From Spironucleus salmonicida (Eukaryota): a stretch of DNA of 20,000 nucleotides. The notes under the pieces were generated by a model. It was not told the DNA's origin. It was given only the letters and a program-made list of their open reading frames with translations, and searched no databases. The stretch spans positions 176,828-196,827 of the forward strand of contig NC_090604.1 in assembly GCF_000497125.1 (NCBI RefSeq), written 5' to 3'. Position numbers and translations under genes: made by a program. Positions 1 to 6,723 of the stretch are shown in pieces (position 1 is the stretch's first letter; each line of letters begins with the position of its first letter).

Positions 1-195
1 TCTAGCGTTTGGTTAGCTTGGGTGCATAGCCTCTGCTGGTAGATTTTGTTATAGGTGCAGTTAGTAAAAGCTAATGCTAGGGCTAGGCAATTAATAGAAT
101 AAATACTGCCGAAACGTATAAATAAATCATTAGCATAGCTTATCAGCCAGCTAGAGTGGAGGGACGTGAGGGCGCTATAAATCAAGTAGGGTCAC

Positions 196-1422
196 TCAGA
201 TCTCATTCCTCTGCACGAGGGGGAGCTCGGTGTGCATTCTCTGCTTCCTGCTGCGCACGGCGAAGGCCACGACACCGATGACCGCGGTCAGGGCGACGAC
301 ACCGCCGAGGACGGCACCGATGGTGGCGGCCTGGGAGGCTCTGTTGGCGGGCGCGACGCACTGGTGGGCCTGGAAGAGGTAGCCGGGTCTGCACGCGGCG
401 CAGTAGCGCTCGTCGCAGGACAGGCACCCCTCGGGGCAGGCGGCGCACTGGCCGGTGGTGGTCTGGCGGAAGCCGACCTCGCACTCGTTGCAGGAGTCGC
501 CGCTCTGGACCTTGCAGTTGGCGATGCCGCCGGGGACGACTGGTGGAGGCGTGGGAGGGTTCACCGAGCCGCAGGAGCTGGCGTCGGCACAGACCCCGGC
601 TGGGGTGAGGTAGAAGCCGAGCCCGCAACCGAGGCACTCGGAGGTGCTGCAGATGGCGCAGCCCTCGGCGCAGGGGACGCAGAGCCCGTTGGTGAGGGCG
701 TGACCGGGGTGGCACACGAGGCAGCCGTCGGCGCCCTCGATCTGACAGGAGTTGGGCTTGGGCACGCATACGTTGTCCTGGACGGCGAGGCCTTCCTTGC
801 ACACGACGCACTTTTCTTCGTACTGGAAGTCGCAGTTGGCGACGGCGGCGAAGCAGTTGCCGCCCTGCTGGACGAAGCCTGGGATGCAAGTGGTGCAGCC
901 GGAGGCATCGGAGGATGCGCAGAGGGAAGGGTTGGTGACGCAGGTGTTGTTCATGACGGCGAAGCCCTCGCGGCAGTTGACACACTTCTCCTCGTACTGG
1001 TAGTCGCAGTTCTTCACGCCGGCGTAGCAGTTGCCGTTGGTGTTGGAGTAGCCAGGCTTGCAGCTGATGCAGCCCTCGGGGGTGTTGGTCTCGCAGAAGG
1101 CGGGGTTGGTGACGCACTTGTTGCCGGCGTTGGCCATGCCGTCCTTGCACACGACGCACTTCTCCTCGTACTGGAACTCGCAGTTGGCGACAGCCGCGAA
1201 GCAGTTGCCGTCCTGTTCGACGTGGCCGGGCTTGCAGGTGGCGCAGCCGTCGATGCCCTGAACGGAGCAGAGGGCGGGGTTGGTGACGCACTTGTTGTCG
1301 GCGACGGCGAAGCCCTCGCGGCAGTTGATGCAGGTGGCCTCGTACTGGAACTCGCAGTTCTTGATGTTGGGGATGCAGGTGTTGTTCTCACGGTGGGTGT
1401 TGGTCGGGCAGGTCGCGCTCAT
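196..1422 (-). CDS. CXXC-rich (cysteine-rich) membrane protein, VSP/HCMP/CRMP-like, copy 1 (408 aa from MSATCP...)
   Basis: 15 CXXC motifs, four 58-aa Cys repeats, furin-like Cys modules, a Pro-rich hinge (PPTPPPVVP), a C-terminal hydrophobic helix (ATIGAVLGGVVALTAVIGVVAFAV) and a basic 19-aa tail (RSRKQR...NEI). Strong GC3 bias begins at the ATG at 1422. The ORF-track start at 1578 runs through promoter-like sequence and is less likely. Confidence 0.9.
   Translation of the reverse strand: MSATCPTNTHRENNTCIPNIKNCEFQYEATCINCREGFAVADNKCVTNPALCSVQGIDGCATCKPGHVEQDGNCFAAVANCEFQYEEKCVVCKDGMANAGNKCVTNPAFCETNTPEGCISCKPGYSNTNGNCYAGVKNCDYQYEEKCVNCREGFAVMNNTCVTNPSLCASSDASGCTTCIPGFVQQGGNCFAAVANCDFQYEEKCVVCKEGLAVQDNVCVPKPNSCQIEGADGCLVCHPGHALTNGLCVPCAEGCAICSTSECLGCGLGFYLTPAGVCADASSCGSVNPPTPPPVVPGGIANCKVQSGDSCNECEVGFRQTTTGQCAACPEGCLSCDERYCAACRPGYLFQAHQCVAPANRASQAATIGAVLGGVVALTAVIGVVAFAVRSRKQRMHTELPLVQRNEI
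679..1374 (-). repeat. Intragenic tandem repeat, 4 x 174 bp (58 aa, each made of two 29-aa CXXC modules), in an A-B-A-B pattern; present in every complete CDS copy
   Basis: IPNIKNCEFQYEATCINCREG...GNC / FAAVANCEFQYEEKCVVCKDG...GNC / YAGVKNCDYQYEEKCVNCREG...GNC / FAAVANCDFQYEEKCVVCKEG...GLC. Confidence 0.92.
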
Positions 1423-1468
1423 TGGTAGTGGAGTGGGCGGGTCGGATCGGGGGTATAATACGGTATTA
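1423..1468 (-). promoter_or_regulatory. Putative core promoter of the membrane-protein gene: TATA-like element, C-rich tract and palindrome (repeated in each unit)
   Basis: The minus strand reads TAATACCGTATTATACCCCCGATCCGACCCGCCCACTCCACTACCA-ATG. TATTATA lies about 32-38 nt upstream of the ATG and is followed by a C-rich tract. Function is inferred from position only. Confidence 0.4.
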
Positions 1469-1606
1469 GGCCGATAATCTATTTCGGGCCGAGTTAGAAT
1501 AGGTGGAGCGGAGTTGGATTGCCTTGGGTATCCGCGCCATCGTGCAGAATACCCGGCCGGGTGGAAGGGCGGACCCATCCCGAGGCGGGCGGTGCGCGAG
1601 AAAGAT

Positions 1607-1610
1607 AAAA
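1607..1610 (-). terminator. Pol III oligo-T terminator (TTTT) at the 5S 3' end; identical in all 14 copies
   Basis: Minus strand GCCGAA-TTTT-ATCTTT immediately after the 3' strand of helix I. Confidence 0.65.
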
Positions 1611-1726
1611 TTCGGCACAGCTCTTTCCCTCGTAGTCTCCCAGCGAAGTACTCAATACTGCCAGGTCAGGCTTCACTTCACAATTTGGAACAAGATGTGG
1701 TGTTTAACTGACTGTATGACCGAATC
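1607..1726 (-). rRNA. 5S rRNA (unit 1, copy a)
   Basis: Minus strand: GATTCGGTCATACAGTCAGTTAAACACCACATCTTGTTCCAAATTGTGAAGTGAAGCCTGACCTGGCAGTATTGAGTACTTCGCTGGGAGACTACGAGGGAAAGAGCTGTGCCGAATTTT (~120 nt). Folding by hand gives helix I ATTCGGT/GCCGAAT; helix II CAGTCAG/CTGAC(C)TG with a bulge; helix III CAC-CACA/TGTG-AA-GTG; helix V GCAGT/GCTGT; loop E AGTA/GAA; helix IV CTTCG(C)TGG-GAGA-CTACGAGG with a GNRA tetraloop; and a T4 Pol III terminator. Ends are uncertain by 1-2 nt. Confidence 0.93.
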
Positions 1727-1819
1727 GAGAGTACTGGGGCGTGGCCGCGGACCCGGGCGCTGGGCGGGTGCTGGGAAGCGGGCCCGCCCATCCCGAGGCG
1801 GGCGGTGCGCGAGAAAGAT

Positions 1820-1939
1820 AAAATTCGGCACAGCTCTTTCCCTCGTAGTCTCCCAGCGAAGTACTCAATACTGCCAGGTCAGGCTTCACTTCACAATTTG
1901 GAACAAGATGTGGTGTTTAACTGACTGTATGACCGAATC
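1820..1939 (-). rRNA. 5S rRNA (unit 1, copy b)
   Basis: Identical to 1607-1726. Confidence 0.93.
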
Positions 1940-2032
1940 GAGAGTACTGGGGCGTGGCCGCGGACCCGGGCGCTGGGCGGGTGCTGGGAAGCGGGCCCGC
2001 CCATCCCGAGGCGGGCGGTGCGCGAGAAAGAT

Positions 2033-2152
2033 AAAATTCGGCACAGCTCTTTCCCTCGTAGTCTCCCAGCGAAGCACTCAATACTGCCAGGTCAGGCTTC
2101 ACTTCACAATTTGGAACAAGATGTGGTGTTTAACTGACTGTATGACCGAATC
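2033..2152 (-). rRNA. 5S rRNA (unit 1, copy c; loop E variant AGUA>AGUG)
   Basis: As 1607-1726 except + strand T>C at 2075. Confidence 0.9.
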
Positions 2153-2584
2153 GAGAGTACTGGGACGGCCGGAAAGAAGGGGCGCCTCGCGCTGTTACTT
2201 TGCGACGCTTCCCGTGAGGCGCTAGCTCGAAGTGGGCCACGAGATGCTTCAGCTACCGCCCTGGGAAGCCAAGGTGAAAGTGCGTGGCTAAAGGTTGGGA
2301 CGTACCAAGCCACTACGAAGTGGGAGTGAGACAGCATACTTAGGGGAGGCGCTGTGAAGGCAGATGACGGAGAAGTGACGGCTGCCCTTTCTAGCGTTTG
2401 GTTAGCTTGGGTGCATAGCCTCTGCTGGTAGATTTTGTTATAGGTGCAGTTAGTAAAAGCTAATGCTAGGGCTAGGCAATTAATAGAATAAATACTGCCG
2501 AAACGTATAAATAAATCATTAGCATAGCTTATCAGCCAGCTAGAGTGGAGGGACGTGAGGGCGCTATAAATCAAGTAGGGTCAC

Positions 2585-3811
2585 TCAGATCTCATTCCTC
2601 TGCACGAGGGGGAGCTCGGTGTGCATTCTCTGCTTCCTGCTGCGCACGGCGAAGGCCACGACACCGATGACCGCGGTCAGGGCGACGACACCGCCGAGGA
2701 CGGCACCGATGGTGGCGGCCTGGGAGGCTCTGTTGGCGGGCGCGACGCACTGGTGGGCCTGGAAGAGGTAGCCGGGTCTGCACGCGGCGCAGTAGCGCTC
2801 GTCGCAGGACAGGCACCCCTCGGGGCAGGCGGCGCACTGGCCGGTGGTGGTCTGGCGGAAGCCGACCTCGCACTCGTTGCAGGAGTCGCCGCTCTGGACC
2901 TTGCAGTTGGCGATGCCGCCGGGGACGACTGGTGGAGGCGTGGGAGGGTTCACCGAGACGCAGGAGCTGGCGTCGGCACAGACCCCGGCTGGGGTGAGGT
3001 AGAAGCCGAGCCCGCAACCGAGGCACTCGGAGGTGCTGCAGATGGCGCAGCCCTCGGCGCAGGGGACGCAGAGCCCGTTGGTGAGGGCGTGACCGGGGTG
3101 GCACACGAGGCAGCCGTCGGCGCCCTCGATCTGGCAGGAGTTGGGCTTGGGCACGCATACGTTGTCCTGGACGGCGAGGCCTTCCTTGCACACGACGCAC
3201 TTTTCTTCGTACTGGAAGTCGCAGTTGGCGACGGCGGCGAAGCAGTTGCCGCCCTGCTGGACGAAGCCTGGGATGCAAGTGGTGCAGCCGGAGGCATCGG
3301 AGGATGCGCAGAGGGAAGGGTTGGTGACGCAGGTGTTGTTCATGACGGCGAAGCCCTCGCGGCAGTTGACACACTTCTCCTCGTACTGGAAGTCGCAGTT
3401 CTTCACGCCGGCGAAGCAGTTGCCGTTGGTGTTGGAGTAGCCAGGCTTGCAGCTGATGCAGCCCTCGGGGGTGTTGGTCTCGCAGAAGGCGGGGTTGGTG
3501 ACGCACTTGTTGCCGGCGTTGGCCATGCCGTCCTTGCACACGACGCACTTCTCCTCGTACTGGAACTCGCAGTTGGCGACAGCCGCGAAGCAGTTGCCGT
3601 CCTGTTCGACGTGGCCGGGCTTGCAGGTGGCGCAGCCGTCGATGCCCTGAACGGAGCAGAGGGCGGGGTTGGTGACGCACTTGTTGTCGGCGACGGCGAA
3701 GCCCTCGCGGCAGTTGATGCAGGTGGCCTCGTACTGGAACGCGCAGTTCTTGATGTTGGGGATGCAGGTGTTGTTCTCACGGTGGGTGTTGGTCGGGCAG
3801 GTCGCGCTCAT
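2585..3811 (-). CDS. CXXC-rich membrane protein, copy 2 (E>A, two Y>F and G>V substitutions)
   Basis: Intact 408-aa ORF near-identical to copy 1; contains NCAFQ, CFAGVKNCDFQ and SSCVSVN. Confidence 0.9.
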   Translation of the reverse strand: MSATCPTNTHRENNTCIPNIKNCAFQYEATCINCREGFAVADNKCVTNPALCSVQGIDGCATCKPGHVEQDGNCFAAVANCEFQYEEKCVVCKDGMANAGNKCVTNPAFCETNTPEGCISCKPGYSNTNGNCFAGVKNCDFQYEEKCVNCREGFAVMNNTCVTNPSLCASSDASGCTTCIPGFVQQGGNCFAAVANCDFQYEEKCVVCKEGLAVQDNVCVPKPNSCQIEGADGCLVCHPGHALTNGLCVPCAEGCAICSTSECLGCGLGFYLTPAGVCADASSCVSVNPPTPPPVVPGGIANCKVQSGDSCNECEVGFRQTTTGQCAACPEGCLSCDERYCAACRPGYLFQAHQCVAPANRASQAATIGAVLGGVVALTAVIGVVAFAVRSRKQRMHTELPLVQRNEI

Positions 3812-3995
3812 TGGTAGTGGAGTGGGCGGGTCGGATCGGGGGTATAATACGGTATTAGGCCGATAATCTATTTCGGGCCGAGTTAGAATAGGTGGAGCGG
3901 AGTTGGATTGCCTTGGGTATCCGCGCCATCGTGCAGAATACCCGGCCGGGTGGAAGGGCGGACCCATCCCGAGGCGGGCGGTGCGCGAGAAAGAT

Positions 3996-4115
3996 AAAAT
4001 TCGGCACAGCTCTTTCCCTCGTAGTCTCCCAGCGAAGTACTCAATACTGCCAGGTCAGGCTTCACTTCAAAATTTGGAACAAGATGTGGTGTTTAACTGA
4101 CTGTATGACCGAATC
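3996..4115 (-). rRNA. 5S rRNA (unit 2; helix III variant that creates an internal T4)
   Basis: As 1607-1726 except + strand C>A at 4070. Confidence 0.88.
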
Positions 4116-4547
4116 GAGAGTACTGGGACGGCCGGAAAGAAGGGGCGCCTCGCGCTGTTACTTTGCGACGCTTCCCGTGAGGCGCTAGCTCGAAGTGGGC
4201 CACGAGATGCTTCAGCTACCGCCCTGGGAAGCCAAGGTGAAAGTGCGTGGCTAAAGGTTGGGACGTACCAAGCCACTACGAAGTGGGAGTGAGACAGCAT
4301 ACTTAGGGGAGGCGCTGTGAAGGCAGATGACGGAGAAGTGACGGCTGCCCTTTCTAGCGTTTGGTTAGCTTGGGTGCATAGCCTCTGCTGGTAGATTTTG
4401 TTATAGGTGCAGTTAGTAAAAGCTAATGCTAGGGCTAGGCAATTAATAGAATAAATACTGCCGAAACGTATAAATAAATCATTAGCATAGCTTATCAGCC
4501 AGCTAGAGTGGAGGGACGTGAGGGCGCTATAAATCAAGTAGGGTCAC

Positions 4548-5774
4548 TCAGATCTCATTCCTCTGCACGAGGGGGAGCTCGGTGTGCATTCTCTGCTTCC
4601 TGCTGCGCACGGCGAAGGCCACGACACCGATGACCGCGGTCAGGGCGACGACACCGCCGAGGACGGCACCGATGGTGGCGGCCTGGGAGGCTCTGTTGGC
4701 GGGCGCGACGCACTGGTGGGCCTGGAAGAGGTAGCCGGGTCTGCACGCGGCGCAGTAGCGCTCGTCGCAGGACAGGCACCCCTCGGGGCAGGCGGCGCAC
4801 TGGCCGGTGGTGGTCTGGCGGAAGCCGACCTCGCACTCGTTGCAGGAGTCGCCGCTCTGGACCTTGCAGTTGGCGATGCCGCCGGGGACGACTGGTGGAG
4901 GCGTGGGAGGGTTCACCGAGCCGCAGGAGCTGGCGTCGGCACAGACCCCGGCTGGGGTGAGGTAGAAGCCGAGCCCGCAACCGAGGCACTCGGAGGTGCT
5001 GCAGATGGCGCAGCCCTCGGCGCAGGGGACGCAGAGCCCGTTGGTGAGGGCGTGACCGGGGTGGCACACGAGGCAGCCGTCGGCGCCCTCGATCTGGCAG
5101 GAGTTGGGCTTGGGCACGCATACGTTGTCCTGGACGGCGAGGCCTTCCTTGCACACGACGCACTTTTCTTCGTACTGGAAGTCGCAGTTGGCGACGGCGG
5201 CGAAGCAGTTGCCGCCCTGCTGGACGAAGCCTGGGATGCAAGTGGTGCAGCCGGAGGCATCGGAGGATGCGCAGAGGGAAGGGTTGGTGACGCAGGTGTT
5301 GTTCATGACGGCGAAGCCCTCGCGGCAGTTGACACACTTCTCCTCGTACTGGTAGTCGCAGTTCTTCACGCCGGCGTAGCAGTTGCCGTTGGTGTTGGAG
5401 TAGCCAGGCTTGCAGCTGATGCAGCCCTCGGGGGTGTTGGTCTCGCAGAAGGCGGGGTTGGTGACGCACTTGTTGCCGGCGTTGGCCATGCCGTCCTTGC
5501 ACACGACGCACTTCTCCTCGTACTGGAACTCGCAGTTGGCGACAGCCGCGAAGCAGTTGCCGTCCTGTTCGACGTGGCCGGGCTTGCAGGTGGCGCAGCC
5601 GTCGATGCCCTGAACGGAGCAGAGGGCGGGGTTGGTGACGCACTTGTTGTCGGCGACGGCGAAGCCCTCGCGGCAGTTGATGCAGGTGGCCTCGTACTGG
5701 AACTCGCAGTTCTTGATGTTGGGGATGCAGGTGTTGTTCTCACGGTGGGTGTTGGTCGGGCAGGTCGCGCTCAT
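4548..5774 (-). CDS. CXXC-rich membrane protein, copy 3
   Basis: Intact ORF, same protein as copy 1. Confidence 0.9.
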   Translation of the reverse strand: MSATCPTNTHRENNTCIPNIKNCEFQYEATCINCREGFAVADNKCVTNPALCSVQGIDGCATCKPGHVEQDGNCFAAVANCEFQYEEKCVVCKDGMANAGNKCVTNPAFCETNTPEGCISCKPGYSNTNGNCYAGVKNCDYQYEEKCVNCREGFAVMNNTCVTNPSLCASSDASGCTTCIPGFVQQGGNCFAAVANCDFQYEEKCVVCKEGLAVQDNVCVPKPNSCQIEGADGCLVCHPGHALTNGLCVPCAEGCAICSTSECLGCGLGFYLTPAGVCADASSCGSVNPPTPPPVVPGGIANCKVQSGDSCNECEVGFRQTTTGQCAACPEGCLSCDERYCAACRPGYLFQAHQCVAPANRASQAATIGAVLGGVVALTAVIGVVAFAVRSRKQRMHTELPLVQRNEI

Positions 5775-5958
5775 TGGTAGTGGAGTGGGCGGGTCGGATC
5801 GGGGGTATAATACGGTATTAGGCCGATAATCTATTTCGGGCCGAGTTAGAATAGGTGGAGCGGAGTTGGATTGCCTTGGGTATCCGCGCCATCGTGCAGA
5901 ATACCCGGCCGGGTGGAAGGGCGGACCCATCCCGAGGCGGGCGGTGCGCGAGAAAGAT

Positions 5959-6078
5959 AAAATTCGGCACAGCTCTTTCCCTCGTAGTCTCCCAGCGAAG
6001 TACTCAATACTGCCAGGTCAGGCTTCACTTCACAATTTGGAACAAGATGTGGTGTTTAACTGACTGTATGACCGAATC
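5959..6078 (-). rRNA. 5S rRNA (unit 3, copy a)
   Basis: Same sequence as 1607-1726. Confidence 0.93.
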
Positions 6079-6171
6079 GAGAGTACTGGGGCGTGGCCGC
6101 GGACCCGGGCGCTGGGCGGGTGCTGGGAAGCGGGCCCGCCCATCCCGAGGCGGGCGGTGCGCGAGAAAGAT

Positions 6172-6291
6172 AAAATTCGGCACAGCTCTTTCCCTCGTAG
6201 TCTCCCAGCGAAGTACTCAATACTGCCAGGTCAGGCTTCACTTCACAATTTGGAACAAGATGTGGTGTTTAACTGACTGTATGACCGAATC
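6172..6291 (-). rRNA. 5S rRNA (unit 3, copy b)
   Basis: Same sequence as 1607-1726, 213 bp from the previous copy. Confidence 0.93.
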
Positions 6292-6723
6292 GAGAGTACT
6301 GGGACGGCCGGAAAGAAGGGGCGCCTCGCGCTGTTACTTTGCGACGCTTCCCGTGAGGCGCTAGCTCGAAGTGGGCCACGAGATGCTTCAGCTACCGCCC
6401 TGGGAAGCCAAGGTGAAAGTGCGTGGCTAAAGGTTGGGACGTACCAAGCCACTACGAAGTGGGAGTGAGACAGCATACTTAGGGGAGGCGCTGTGAAGGC
6501 AGATGACGGAGAAGTGACGGCTGCCCTTTCTAGCGTTTGGTTAGCTTGGGTGCATAGCCTCTGCTGGTAGATTTTGTTATAGGTGCAGTTAGTAAAAGCT
6601 AATGCTAGGGCTAGGCAATTAATAGAATAAATACTGCCGAAACGTATAAATAAATCATTAGCATAGCTTATCAGCCAGCTAGAGTGGAGGGACGTGAGGG
6701 CGCTATAAATCAAGTAGGGTCAC

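Larger units (their letters stand above)
1574..2164. repeat. 213-bp 5S tandem sub-repeat (165-bp 5S-containing core plus 48-bp GC-rich linker), 3 cores in unit 1
   Basis: Core cccatcccgagg...gagagtactggg at 1574-1738, 1787-1951 and 2000-2164; linkers at 1739-1786 and 1952-1999. Confidence 0.95.

Noticed and set aside
199-327. Calling the gene a bona fide Giardia vsp
   Set aside because: Lacks the CRGKA tail, the GGCY motif and a signal peptide; only the general CXXC-plus-TM architecture is shared, so no gene symbol was assigned.
203-1291. 362-aa Arg/Gln-rich minus-strand ORF and the short Ser/Pro/Thr/Ala-rich ORFs
   Set aside because: Alternative-frame by-products of high GC3 codon usage in the real CDS.
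232-1428. 398-aa + strand ORF and its copies in each unit
   Set aside because: In-phase antisense shadow of the GC3-rich Cys protein CDS; GTG start and low-complexity A/G/V/L composition.
1423-1578. 52-aa N-terminal extension from the ATG at 1578
   Set aside because: Covers TATA-like and C-rich promoter-type sequence, lacks the CDS codon bias, and adds no signal peptide. The same ATG is part of the 5S core and also precedes plain linkers. Not used as the start, though not formally excluded.
1574-2164. CRISPR-like or LTR/TRIM interpretation of the direct repeats flanking each cassette
   Set aside because: The repeats are 165-bp 5S-containing cores with identical linkers, not unique spacers. 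No cas, reverse transcriptase, integrase or transposase gene, and no TG...CA termini or target-site duplication were recognised.
1503-2225. + strand ORF of 98, 169 or 240 aa whose length varies by 71-aa repeats
   Set aside because: Antisense to the 5S genes. The frame is kept only because 213 is divisible by 3; GTG start and no protein-like features.
2104-2574. 156-aa minus-strand spacer ORF
   Set aside because: TTG start, overlaps the 5S 5' end, no recognisable domain; its conservation only reflects array homogenisation.
2330-2620. TAA/TAG-rich + strand frame that would be open under the TAR=Gln code (...QILLQVQLVKANARARQLIEQILPKR...)
   Set aside because: No ATG after the upstream TGA at 2327, it runs into the antisense shadow frame, and the alternative code is not demonstrated here.
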